Below the pieces are notes generated by a model. That model was not told the origin of the DNA, made no database searches, and worked only from the letters and a program-made list of their open reading frames with translations. A DNA stretch of 64,000 bases, taken from positions 18,724,001-18,788,000 of the forward strand of contig NC_043007.1 in NCBI RefSeq assembly GCF_006345805.1. The letters run 5' to 3'. Positions 14,011 through 26,394 of this stretch are shown here, piece after piece. The translations under genes were made by a program, and so were the position numbers. Within the stretch, counting starts at the first letter, position 1. Each line of letters opens with the position of its first letter. The stretch comes from Octopus sinensis (Eukaryota).

Positions 14011-14817
14011 GAATTTTTCAAGGTATCAGTACTTGTACCAAAAATCGGTGCGGGCTATAATTTCTATAGATTATCTGTAAAAATATTCTTAACAAAATAA
14101 TGTAAAACGCACTGCTAACACAGTAGAACGTGGAACTGACTTATAAAAGCATTTAATATACTTTATAGTATTTTCTGCTTACATAACGAAATACAACGTA
14201 CCTACGTATCATTATTATTTGCTGTGTCATTTCCTTTTGAGATTATCATCTGTGCCACTATTTTTTATGTAACATACCAGGATTTGATATAGAGGAAATT
14301 TGGCTGCTACTTCTTGTAAATCTAGCTATTACGTAGAGTTTTCCTCATTGGCTGCCATAGTAGCTGTCGACATTGTATTCTTTTATTCTTTTGCATGTTT
14401 CAATCATTTGACTGCAGCCATGCTGGAGCACAAAAAAATCTAAGCTAAATGAACATCGCTAAATGAACAACATATCTTGATTTTGGAATAGTCATGAAAT
14501 TACAGAAAATTAATTATCTTTATTATCAAAGCTGCAATGATAATAATAATGGTAAATTAAAGCAATGAAAGTAATAAAATCAATAAAAAATTATACAAAA
14601 AGTAAAACAAATTACTAAAAAATCCATTCGAGTATTCGATATCTTTAAAACTCATTTTGGGAGATTGTAGATGCACTTTTATCGATGTGCATTAAAAAAT
14701 CAACGTTGAGAGGTTTTTTTATGGACTAAATTGCAATGTAAAAAACAATGATGTGGTTTGAAAACGTGCATTTAAAAATAATAGTTACAATAAAATAATG
14801 AAAATAAAAATAATAAA

Positions 14818-15652
14818 AACAAGAGCACTCAGAGAGCGCAAACCTCTACCAAGGTAACACCAACGATGTGGAGGTGCAATGGCCCAGTGGTTAGGGCAAC
14901 GGACTCGCGGTCGTAAGAACGCAGTTTCGATTCCCAGACCTTGCTTTGTGAGTGTTTATTGAGTAAAAACACCTAAGCTCCACGAGGCTCCGGTGGTGGG
15001 ATGGTGGTGAACCCCGCTGTACTCTTTCACCACGTCTTTCTCTCACTCTTTCTTACTACTTCTGCGACAAAGCAGAGGAACCATGGTGTAACTCACTATG
15101 CTGTGGCAAACTTTCAGACCCTAGTCTAGATTGCGAATCCTCTGTACCCCAGAATGAGGATAACAACGTAGCTTTCGTGCCCGTGCAACCGCCAGTCTAT
15201 CGCGTGTGGTGGGTGGATCTTCAAGTTGCAACACGCATTCTTAGTAGCTTAGAGTAGGCTCGTATTAGAGATTATTCTTTATGGCTAATGGCGTGAGTCC
15301 TGATTGGAAGAAGAAGAAGAAGAAGAAGAAGACACCAACGATTAGCCAGAGGTGATTTTTAAAATGAAAATATCTTAAATAAACTCGACTGCTCTCACAA
15401 ACGAGAATCCTAAAAGTGAACCCGACCGCTCTCACAAATTAAGTTAAAAAGCAAGAAAAATAATCCAGAATCCTTGTGCGGCACTGGATCAATCCTAAAA
15501 TCTAATCGGCTCTTGTCAGTCATAAGGCCAAACTTCTCTGAAAGTTTCATCCGAATCCATCCAGCAATTCTTGAGATATCTTGTCCACGGACAAACAAAT
15601 AAACAAACACGACTGAAAACAATACCCCCGCCTTCGCTAAGGCGGAGGTAAT
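14818..15652 (+). mobile_element. Helentron-associated (DINE-1/HINE-like) non-autonomous element, interrupted by a SINE
   Basis: Subterminal repeat ACCTCTACCAAGG near the 5' end, (ACAA)n, and 3' stem-loop CCGCCTT-CGCT-AAGGCGG followed by AGGTAA. Confidence 0.6.
14868..15331 (+). mobile_element. tRNA-derived SINE, long form with (GAA)n tail, 11-bp TSD
   Basis: A box TGGCCCAGTGG, B box GTTTCGATTCC; TSD ACACCAACGAT at 14857-14867 and 15332-15342. Confidence 0.85.
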
Positions 15653-15789
15653 AATAATGAAAATAGTTTGTATCCAGTTGAAGGTTTTCTTGAAAGGCGA
15701 AAATCTAAAATCAATTTTATAATGGTGTCGGTTTTTAGGTGAAAAAGTCAAGTTCAAATGCATGCGCAAGTCAACGTTACTCGTACGGT

Positions 15790-16090
15790 ATTTTTCCGCT
15801 CGACATTTTATACTTCGTGGTATGTCTGCAGGAATTTAAAAGCTCCCGTCTTTGGTTCAGTGCGTATTTATCCTGGGATGAAAAGCTTTTCACAAATTGT
15901 GCCTCACTGGGCCTTTATATCCTCCATGTTTATATGGTGCTGCTTTCTCCAAGATTGTGCAGCTTATTTTGAAAGGACGGGTATCACTTTCTTTTAACTG
16001 CCAGATATGTTCAGCGAGACTCGCTGCTGTTCTATTTTCAGAGTATCGAAATGAATTTCGATGAGAATATAAAATAGTCTTGAAGGAATT
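15790..16090 (-). pseudogene. Penelope-like element, C-terminal GIY-YIG endonuclease remnant (Naiad-type C-terminus)
   Basis: ENSFKTILYSHRNSFR...SLAEHIWQLKE...ILEKAAPY, then after a frameshift EKLFI...LNQRRELLNSCRHTTKY. Confidence 0.7.
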
Positions 16091-16175
16091 TTCCATCCAT
16101 CCATCCATCCACCCATCCGTCAGTCCGTCCGTCCGTCCGTCCGTCCGTCCGTCCGTCCGTCCGTCCGTCTGTCTG

Positions 16176-16238
<63 letters not shown>

Positions 16239-16479
16239 GTCTGTGTGTTAAATATATGCTATCTTTCATTTATATATATATATATATATATACTAAGCAA
16301 TTAAGGGTTTAGCAACGAATTGCCTCGCCACACACCGAATTTAGAAATAGCAGTCAAAGAGATATAGCTATTCCTTCTACTAAAAGGGAGATCTCAGTAA
16401 AAACACAGCACTTGAAAGGCAAACACAGACAGGTAAGAAAGAATGAGATGACGGCAATCTATCATACAATTTTAAGTTA

Positions 16480-16571
16480 CCTACGGACGTACGTTTCGAA
16501 ATCAAGTTTTAGGAAAGCATAAGAATTAGAAAATTCTACCTTACCCAAACTTCTTTTCTCATCGGCGTAGG
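16480..16571 (-). ncRNA. Type-I hammerhead-like motif with long stem II (U4C core)
   Basis: Reverse complement: CCTACG CCGATGA GAAA..AAGTTT......AAACTT..TTTC GAAACG TA CGT(CCGTAGG). Confidence 0.55.
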
Positions 16572-16631
16572 ATACTACAATTATGAATAATTGTATATAA
16601 AATTTTGAGATACTAGAAGGCACTATCTCAA

Positions 16632-16687
<56 letters not shown>

Positions 16688-16801
16688 ATATAATATATAT
16701 ATATATATATCTATATATATATATATATATTATATATATATATTATATATATATATATATGTATATATATATACATTACGCACATAGGAAGTATAAGCGA
16801 A

Positions 16802-16832
<31 letters not shown>

Positions 16833-16971
16833 AAAGGAAGGTCGGAGTGAAGAAGATAAAAAGATAATGAAATACCATAAAAAAGACATGAATTCTTTTT
16901 TTCAGTAAAAGAGTTATGACGTCACATACAATTTATTTTAAATATTTCAAGCAAATTACCGAAATCTATTC

Positions 16972-17493
16972 TAAATTCTGTTGTGTCTAGGGAGAGTCAT
17001 TAAACAGTGAGTCATTTGTTTTGCTTTCGCTTGTCAAAGCTCTTTCGTTGCTGCTTGCGACCTTTTCAATGACTTTTTTATTTTAACAAAATAAACAGAC
17101 AATTAATTAGTTAGTTGGGTATTTAACCAACTGACTAATAATAAAGTAATGAAATTGAATCAGTGCGTGTGTTAGTAATAGTGACACAATGATCCTCCCT
17201 AGATACAACAAAATTTGCTTCAACACACGAGTTCACATAAAGAATCTTGCAAACCAAATACAAAAACAACGTATTCTAGATATTTTCCAATATTTCCATA
17301 GATTAAGGTATTTAACCAACTGACTAATAGTAAAGTAGTGAAATTGAATCAGTGCGTATGTTACTAATAGTGATACAATGACCCTCCCTAGACACAACAA
17401 AATTTGTTTCAGCACACGAGTTCACATAAAGAATCTTGCAAACAAACCAAATACAAAATCAATGTATTCTAGATATTTTCCAATATTTCCATG
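16972..17493. mobile_element. TIR element with tandemly duplicated ~190-bp right end
   Basis: AAATTCTGTTGTGTCTAGGGAGAGTCATT is inverted relative to AATGATCCTCCCTAGATACAACAAAATTT; 17117-17300 is repeated at 17307-17493. Confidence 0.6.
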
Positions 17494-17498
17494 GATGA

Positions 17499-17712
17499 AG
17501 GCGGCGAGCTGGCAGAATCGTTAGCACGCCGGGTAAATTGTTTAGCGGTTTTTCGTCCGTCTTTGCGTCCCGAGTTCAAACTCCGCCGAGGACGACTTTA
17601 CCTTTCATCCTTTCGGGGTCTATAAAATAAGTACCAGTTGAGTACTGGGGGCGATGTGATCGTCTTATCCGTCCCCGCCGATTTGATGGCCTTGCGCCGA
17701 GAGTAGGAAGGA
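17499..17712 (+). mobile_element. SINE family B-related monomer (alternative tail)
   Basis: Family B head and CCTTTCATCCTTTCGGGGTC body. Confidence 0.75.
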
Positions 17713-18012
17713 ATATTTCCATTGGTTAATGGTAATTTTAGATTCTTCAGGCTCGTTTGGTTTGAAACACTGCAAAAGCAAACTTCCAGCCGTGACATAC
17801 AAATATTTTACGGGGCTTGCAAGACTTCATTATCGGACGAGTAATAACACAATAATGTCATATGTGGGAGATTTGGCAGCTATTTCTAGCAGATCGAGCG
17901 ACTAGGCAGAGATTTGCCCGTTGACTTATCGTATTTATATTAATCTCTATTGGTATAAAACTAAACTAAACGAACATCACTAAATGAACAAAGGTAATAC
18001 TATTTACTACAT

Positions 18013-18182
18013 AGGCGTAGGAGTGGCTGTGTAGTAAGTAGCTTGCTTACCAACCACATGGTTCCGGGTTCAGTCCCACAACGTGGTACTTTGGGCAAGT
18101 GGCTTCTACTATAGCCTCGAAACAACCAAAGCCTTGTGGGTGGATTTGGTAGACGGAAACTGTAAGAAGCCCGTCGTATATA

Positions 18183-18264
<82 letters not shown>

Positions 18265-18522
18265 GTGTGTGTGGTGTGTGTGTGTGTGTATACGTTTGTG
18301 TGTCTGTGTTTGTCCCCCCAATATCGCTTGACAACCGATGCTGGTGTGTTTACGTCCCCGTAACTTAGCGGTTCGGCAAAAGAGACCGATAGAATAAGTA
18401 CTAGGCTTCCCTTCTACCAAATCCACCCACAAGGCCGAGGTTATAGTAGAAGACACTTACCCAGGATGCCACGCAGAGGGACTGAACCCATAGCCATGTA
18501 GTTGGGAAGCAAGTTTCTTACC
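18013..18522 (+). mobile_element. SINE family A fused to an inverted partial copy
   Basis: 18013-18408 is a plus-strand copy; 18410-18522 is a minus-strand 5' part. Confidence 0.8.
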
Positions 18523-19147
18523 CCGAGGGCAACTTTTTACTCTAAGACGGAGCGAAACGGCTACAGGTCTTCAATAAAGGCGGAAGAAATGAAAATAATA
18601 TTAAAAGAAAGAAAAAGGAAAAACAACATTTCACAAAGAGTAAATAAAAAATATATAGTTCCAGGCAGAAAAAAGATTCAGACCACAATGGTACTCCGGC
18701 CCTATTCGATCCTGGCTCCTTTACAGCTCTCAATTTGATGGTAAAATCTAGTTCTTTGCTTGTAACTAAGTAAAAAAAAAAAATTTAATCTCTTCTTCAA
18801 ATCCATAATTTTAGAAACTTCTTAGTTTTTGAAAACAACAATAATTCTTCTTCAATTTTTCTCCTCTATAGAGAAACAACAATTTATTTCAAAAATTTCG
18901 GTTTGCTTCTCCGGTTGTTCAAACAAGCCCACCAGCAACAAGCCACACATACACTTTGCTTGCAAAACAAACAACAAATTGGCCGCCGAGAGTAAGCGAA
19001 AATGCCCCAGAGCAGGGCAGAATATACTGTAATAAAAATAAGACAATAACCTCAGAAAAAAACAAAATGGCTTACCTTGACGGTGACCTTTTCTCTAAGA
19101 CGGAGCTAAACAGCTACACGTTTTCCCTTTTTTTAAAATTTTTTTTT

Positions 19148-19539
19148 TTACTTGTTTCAGTCATTTGACTGCGGCCATGCTGGAGCACCGCCTTTAGTCG
19201 AGCAAATCGACCCCGGAACTTATTCTTTGTAAGCCCAGTACTTATTCTATCGGTCTCTTTTGCCGAACCGCTAAGTGACGGGGACGTAAACACACCAGCA
19301 TCAGTTGTCAAGCAATGCTAGGGGGACAAACACAGACACACAAACACACATATATATATATATATATACATATATACGACAGGCTTCTTTCAGTTTCTGT
19401 CTACCAAATCCACTCACAAGGCATTGGTCGGCCCGGGGCCATAGCAGAAGACACTTGCCCAGGGTGCCACGCAGTGGAACTGAACCCGGAACCATGTGGT
19501 TGGTTAGCAAGCTACTTACCACACAGCCACTCCTGCGCC
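19148..19539 (-). mobile_element. SINE family A
   Basis: Full-length match to the family. Confidence 0.85.
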
Positions 19540-19618
19540 TCTGTTCACTGTAACCAACAATGTTACTCTGCTATATTTGGAGGTCATTTAAGCAATGTGT
19601 TCGTGGATAACAAATGGC

Positions 19619-20025
19619 GGATCTTTTCGGTTTGAACGGCAGTTTTTCTAGCAGTGTCATATGAAATTGTCACCCATAATTATGACCCTAGAATCGATCT
19701 ATTGCATTTCAATCTCTTTTAGGGTTAGGGGTGGTGGAAGGGTATCTTTTTTTCTTCACAAATGTAAATAAACCCAATCTGTTTGTTAAACGAGGGACAT
19801 ATTCATACGGCACAGAATGTTTTTTAACTCAATAGACGTCACTGATTGGTTGAAATTGCAGAAATTGAAAAAGAACCAACAAATATCTTACAAACTATAG
19901 AATTTTCTCAATAAAGCCAAGAGAAAAAGATGTTTTATAAACACATTCTACCAGTATACGAAGTTCAAAATTTTTTATTTTCCTAGAAATTATGTTAAAA
20001 ACTGCCGTTCAAACCGAAAAGATCC
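19619..20025. mobile_element. MITE with 29-bp TIRs and 8-bp TSD (Merlin-like GG ends)
   Basis: GGATCTTTTCGGTTTGAACGGCAGTTTTT / AAAAACTGCCGTTCAAACCGAAAAGATCC; flanks CAAATGGC and CAAATGGG. Confidence 0.85.
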
Positions 20026-20703
20026 CAAATGGGTTGGGTGGATGCTGATGAAGGAAAAAACAAACAAAACAAACAAACTGAAATATGTCGTATGTGCCCC
20101 ATTAACCATTTTCCATCTTCAATCTCAGTTGTTTACATCAGGCGTCTCGGATACGAAACGTTGTAACAAAATCAGCGCTGGTTATAATTTCTACCGAATA
20201 TCTGCAGAGAAGACCTTAACAAGTGATGTTATAGCACTGCTAACACAGTAGAACACGGCATTGACTTCTAAAAACGTTTAATGAACTTTATAGTAGATCA
20301 TGGTTGCTTTATGAAATACGGTATTTCTACATGTCATTAATATTTATGTACCAGCTTCCAGAAATGTGTTTAATATGCAAATTGGTATATCCAGTAACAT
20401 TACACCGTTGTACTTGGCGGCTGTTTAAGGAATGAGTTTGAGGATGATTAATGGGTTGGATGAGTGTTAATGGAAGAGCAAAAAGTCCTGAAATATGGCA
20501 CATTCGCCCTTTATTCATCTTTCATCACCGATCTTATTGTTGTTTACGGCAGGCATCTCGGGTACGAAACGTCGTAACAAAATCAGCGCTGGTTATATAT
20601 TTTTTTATACACAATCTGCAGAGAACTTGGAACTGTCGGTCTTTCTATATGCAACATTATATACAACGAACCAGAGGCAAGAAATTTTGAATATCAAACC
20701 ATG

Positions 20704-21118
20704 TCTTTACTCTTTCACTTGTTTCAGTCATTTTGACTGCGGCCATGCTGGAGCACTGCCTTTAGTCGAGCAAATCGACCCCAGGACTTATTCTTTGTAA
20801 GCTTAGTACTTATTCTATTGGTCTCTTTTGCCGAACCGCTAAGTTACTGGGACGTAAACACACCAGCATAGGTTGTCAAGCGATATTGGGGGGACAAACA
20901 CAGACATAGACACACACACACAGACACACACACACACATATATATACATATATACGACGAGCTTCTTTCAGTTTCCGTCAGCCAAATCTATTCACAAGGC
21001 TTTGGTCGGCCCGAGGCTATAGTAGAAGACACTTGCCTATGGTGATACGCAGTGGGAATGAACTGGGAACCACGTGGTTGGTAAGCAAGCTACTTACCAC
21101 ACAGCCACTCCTGCACCT
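20704..21118 (-). mobile_element. SINE family A
   Basis: Full-length match to the family. Confidence 0.85.
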
Positions 21119-21504
21119 CTCTGGGTACACAATTTTCTTTAGTGAATTTTATATTTTCATAAATGAGATGTCTTTGAGATCTTTTTGATGTAGAAAAAAT
21201 CTTGACGTTTGGTGGATCGTCAGTTGTACTGACAGTAACATATAAACTATGTGTGAACGCTATAGTTGTACTGTACGGAAAGTGTCTCATTAAAATTTAA
21301 TAATGGTAAATGAATATTTATTCGTAAGTTTTGTTGAGAAAAAAGATTCATAATTTTCTTTCCTGTTTTCGTAATAAATTTCTTTAAAAAGTAGTGGTGG
21401 CTTAATATCATTAAAGCTCGTGCTGAGATGTATGTGTGCGTCTGTGTACACACATGCCCATACATACACATTCCCACTCGTGTACATACACCCGCATTCA
21501 TAGA

Positions 21505-21563
21505 AACACATACATACATACGAACATATAATTATGTATATACGAACATATATACATACATAC

Positions 21564-21608
<45 letters not shown>

Positions 21609-22795
21609 CAAACATATATACATACATACGTACATACATACATACATACATACATACATACGTACATACATACATACATACATACTTACGTACATACGTA
21701 CAAACATATATACATACATACGTACATATATATATGTATATACAAACACATATACATACATACGTACATACATACATACATACATACATACATACAAACA
21801 AACATACAAACATACATACATACATACATACATACATACATACATACATACATACAAACATACAAACATACATACATACATACATACATACATACATACA
21901 TACAAACATACAATACATACATACATACATACATACATACATACATACATACAAACATACAAACATACATACATACATACATACATACATACATACATAC
22001 ATACAAACATACAAACATACATACATACATACATACATACATACATACATACATACATACAAACATACATACATACATACATACATACATACATACATAC
22101 AAACATACATACAACATACATACATACATACATACATACATACATACATACAAACATACAAACATACATACATACATACATACATACATACATACATACA
22201 TACAAACATACATACATACATACATACATACATACAACATACAAACATACATACATACATACATATATATATACGTACATACAAACATACAAACATACAA
22301 ACATACATACAAACATACAAACATACATACAAACATACAAACATACAAACATACATACATACATACATACATACAAACATACATACATACAAACATACAT
22401 ACAAACATACAAACATACATACATAGATACAAACATACATACATACATACAAACATACATACATACATACAAACATACAAACATACATACATACATACAT
22501 ACATACATACATACAAACATACATACATACATACATACATACATACATACATACATACATACATACAAACATACATACATATATATATACGTACATACAA
22601 ACATACATACATACATACATACATACATACAAACATACAAACATACATACATACATACATACAAACATACATACAAACATACATACATACATACATATAT
22701 ATATACGTACATACAAACATACATACATACATACATACATACATACAAACATACATACATACATACATACATACATACATACATACATACATACA

Positions 22796-22829
<34 letters not shown>

Positions 22830-22845
22830 CGTACATACATATATC
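21505..22845. repeat. About 1.3-kb (TACA)n/(CAAA) microsatellite array
   Basis: Direct inspection; source of the 330-480 aa artefact ORFs. Confidence 0.95.
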
Positions 22846-23165
22846 AGGTAAGAGTGAGAGATTGCAGAAAGAAAGAGTGATACAATGCTGTGAAATTGTA
22901 CGTTCTTTTTTTTTCACGACAAACTGTTCAATAATAAATTGAATCGTAAAATGACTGGGAAAAAAATAATCATTCAAATATTTTTTGAAATGATTGAATG
23001 GAAGAAACTGAGATAAACTGTGCTTGTGAGTCGTCTAGGTTACTTGCGTATGGGGCGAGAGATCGCAGTAAAAGCGGTGGATATATATATATATATATAT
23101 ACATATATACAAACATACATACATACATACATACATACATACATACATACATACATACATCATAC

Positions 23166-23226
<61 letters not shown>

Positions 23227-23329
23227 CAGTTAATCCAGACATGGAAACAGAAAGAGAAAACACAACAACGCGAGGACATGGAACAAATATAGTATTATTG
23301 GACGCTCAGGAAGGAAGGGAAGAAGGAGG

Positions 23330-23364
23330 GTTTTACGTTTCGACCGGAGCTCTTCGTCAGAAAC
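23330..23364 (-). ncRNA. Minimal type-I hammerhead-like motif (canonical CUGACGA)
   Basis: Reverse complement: GTTT CTGACGA A GAGC-TCC-GGTC GAAACG TA AAAC; stem I GUUU/AAAC. Confidence 0.6.
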
Positions 23365-23476
23365 ATAGGAAAAGGAAAGATCCAGAGAAGGGAAGACGGA
23401 GGAATGTCGCCATTATAGATCGGTAGCCACTACACACATCTCTCCTTGTTTATCTCCTTGTTTTTTTTTTGTGTCC

Positions 23477-23512
23477 CTTTCTGTAGAAGAGCGTAGGGTC
23501 GAAACGTAAAAG
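23477..23512 (+). ncRNA. Minimal hammerhead-like motif (A6U)
   Basis: CTTT CTGTAGA A GAGC-GTAG-GGTC GAAACG TA AAAG; stem I CUUU/AAAG. Confidence 0.55.
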
Positions 23513-23731
23513 ACTTTTTTCAATTCCTGAGCGTTATGTGGTTTTCATGGCAAAATATGGGGAAAAAAGGGACAAGTAAGTGATGTTGACTGATGGGGCG
23601 GTTAACATCACTTTCATCTCTCATGTTCACCCTTTTTCTCATCGTATCACACGACAATTTTTTTAATGTTTTGTGTCCCCAATGTGTTGTAGTGTTCCCT
23701 CTATGTAAGACCTTTATGGTTAATAAAAAAT

Positions 23732-24287
23732 TCACAGTTTTCAAACGTCATAGACGATATTCGTTCGAAGCGGTTTAAAAGTATAAAAATTAAAATATTC
23801 AGGGGCGGTAACTCGAAAGGAAATGTTACGTTGTCTCTCTTTGAATAACCGTGTTTTCTGGGACAAAATTTGGAGCGAATTTCATTATGAGGTTGGCTGG
23901 TGCCAAGGTGGAAGCTTCTTTGTTGTCTATGAATTCATCAAAATTCCGGAACTCCATTCTGAATGGTTTCCAATATTTACATAATTTGCTAAAAGCTGTA
24001 ATTTCTTCGAAATGATTTAGCTGAACATCGTAAAAACAGGAAACCCCCTGCTGTAACAACCCATTCTTTTAGTGGCGATACAAAACTACATTATCAACAA
24101 TATAATTTCCTTATGTAACACAGTATGAAATGACATAAGAGACATTTGACTGTTACTTCTAACAGATCGCGTGACCATGTGATATTTTCTTCATTGCTTC
24201 ACAATCACATACCGCTCCTGAATATTTTAATTTTCATACTTTTAAACCGCTTCGAAGTATATCGTCTTTGACGTTTTAAAACTGTGA
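23732..24287. repeat. About 78-bp inverted duplication with ~400-bp spacer
   Basis: 23732-23810 is the near-perfect reverse complement of 24210-24287. Confidence 0.85.
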
Positions 24288-24289
24288 CA

Positions 24290-24790
24290 CCAAACGGAAT
24301 TTCTCTACTTCTCTATCAAGACACGGGAAGGGGTTTTATCGTCTCTTTCTCGTCTGCAACCCCAATCACAGTAAAATGAACACAAGCAGTATTATAAAAA
24401 ACCTGAAGCACCCCAGAGACCCATCCCAAGAAAAATAGTCATGTAGGCATCAACTTTCAAATTCCTCCACAGCTTGGTCCCTGTACCATTCGTCCTCAAT
24501 ATAAATCATACTCGCATCACATCACAACACTACGACTGAACAGTTTCACCGCAACTGGACCTGCTTTCTTTAACATCATGCCAAGACATAAGAGGAGAAA
24601 AAGATCTCACAACATTCAAACAGTACCTGGACGAATGTCTCCGACAAATTCAAGACAAACCACCAACACCCGAGCAATAACACTTTATTAGAATGGGGTT
24701 AAGAAGCCCCAAAATGACTGTGATTTGAAACTTTATTAAATGTCTTTTCTAGGTGGTGCTATTAAGTTAGTCATGGCCTAGGCCAAATCT
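24290..24790 (+). pseudogene. CR1/L2-group LINE 3' remnant
   Basis: Approximate translation GPAFFNIMP...TFKQYLDECLRQIQDKPPTP resembles the C-terminus of CR1/L2-group ORF2. Confidence 0.55.
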
Positions 24791-24849
24791 GTTTCTTAAA
24801 CGAAATAGACACCCCCGGAAGTTCTTGTTGAACTTATTGACAAATAACA

Positions 24850-25068
24850 GCAGTAATTGTATTCACCTCAATAGATGTCATTGTTTGGTTGAAATTGCCG
24901 AAATGCAAGAAATTTAACAACAAATAGCTTACAAACTACAGATTTTTCTCAAGAAAGCCAAGAGAAAAAGATGTTTTATGTGACACATTCTACCAGTATA
25001 CGAAGTTTAAAAGTGTTTAGTTACAAAGAAATTATTTTTTAAATCTGCCGGTCAAAGTGAAAAGATCC
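24850..25068. mobile_element. Partial relative of the 19619-20025 MITE
   Basis: Shares internal sequence and ends in GAAAAGATCC. Confidence 0.7.
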
Positions 25069-25149
25069 TCTAGCTGTTTCTTGCAATACATTTTTTTTCT
25101 TTTAAAGTTTCAGCTCAGAGCTGCGGCCATGCTGATGCACCGCCGTTAT

Positions 25150-25545
25150 CTAAAACAATATTTTTTCAGGGGACCTTAAAATACTGTTGTGGACCCCCAA
25201 TTTACTCTTTTGTTGTGTGGACCCTCAAAAATCTCATATGGACCATCAGGGGTCACATGGACTCCAGTTGAGAACCACTGATATAGGGACTACTCAGTGG
25301 TTCCCAAAGTGGGCGGCACCCATTGTAAAGGTTCAGGGGCGCTGACGCAAAGTGGGGGCGATAATGGGATGCCAAAAGGGGTCAAGAGATGTAAATACAA
25401 CAAAATAATGTGTTTAATTTGGTTAAGTTTTATTTGAATTTGCTGCAGAAAGTCGCCTGTGTTTGTGGTGGCGAGGGAGCGGGGGTACTAGAAATGTGGC
25501 CGGGTGCAAAGTGGGTGGCAGCCCGGAAAATTTTGGGGATCACTT
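25150..25545. mobile_element. Two adjacent hAT (Charlie-like) MITE remnants
   Basis: Ends GTTGAGAACCACTG (25280) and CAGTGGTTCCCAAA ... TTTGGGGATCACT. Confidence 0.55.
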
Positions 25546-25686
25546 GACTACATTTTGTAATGTGTCTTTCCGAAAGTTGGATGTGCTAATAAAAGCGATT
25601 TAGCTTTCTTGCCAGCATTTTGGAGGTTACTTTTCTCGTACATACCAGTTATATTCAGGGATAATTTACAAACTAAAGAAAATTAG

Positions 25687-25780
<94 letters not shown>

Positions 25781-25914
25781 GTCTATCTATGAGTCTATCT
25801 GTCTGTCTGTATGCCTGGGTGCCTGTCTGTCTGACTGTCTGTTTAATTTATATCTGCCGTTCTCGATACATATATACAAAAATGCAAAAGATCGGAGGGA
25901 GGGAGGAAGAGAGA

Positions 25915-25935
25915 GAGGGAACGTGTGTATGTGTA

Positions 25936-25969
<34 letters not shown>

Positions 25970-26342
25970 GGTGTGTGTGCATATGTATGAAAGAGAGAAA
26001 ATGTGCGTGTGTGAGAGAGAGAGAAAGAACGTGTGTGCGTGTTCGTGTATGTGTGAATGTGTGTGTGTGTGTGTGAGAAAGAGAGAAAGAGAGAAAGAAC
26101 GTGTGTGTATGTGTGTGTGTGAGAGAGAAAGAGAAAAAGAACGTGTGTGAGTGTGAGAGAGAGAGAGAGAAAGAGAGAAAGAACGTGTGTGTGTGTTCGT
26201 GTATGTGTGAATGTGTGTGTGTGTGTGTGAGAAAGAGAGAAAGAGAAAAAGAACGTGTGTGTATGTGTGTGTGAGAGAGTGAAAGAGAAAAAGAACGTGT
26301 GTGTGTGTGAGTGTGAGAGAGAGAGAGAAAGAGAGAAAGAAC

Positions 26343-26394
<52 letters not shown>

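Noticed and set aside
14868-14940. tRNA genes at SINE heads (also 27480, 48750, 170-238)
   Set aside because: A and B boxes are present but there is no acceptor stem or terminator; they continue into SINE bodies, with TSDs visible at three of them.
15890-15892. In-frame TGA at a cysteine-like position of the Naiad-type endonuclease (possible selenocysteine)
   Set aside because: The frame shifts at this point (EKLFI resumes in another frame), so the TGA is best explained as a deletion junction in a dead copy.
21428-22977. ORFs of 330-480 aa (YIHT/MYVC repeats)
   Set aside because: Translations of a stop-free (TACA)n microsatellite in several frames; the same applies to the poly-I/L/Y/R/H/V ORFs elsewhere.
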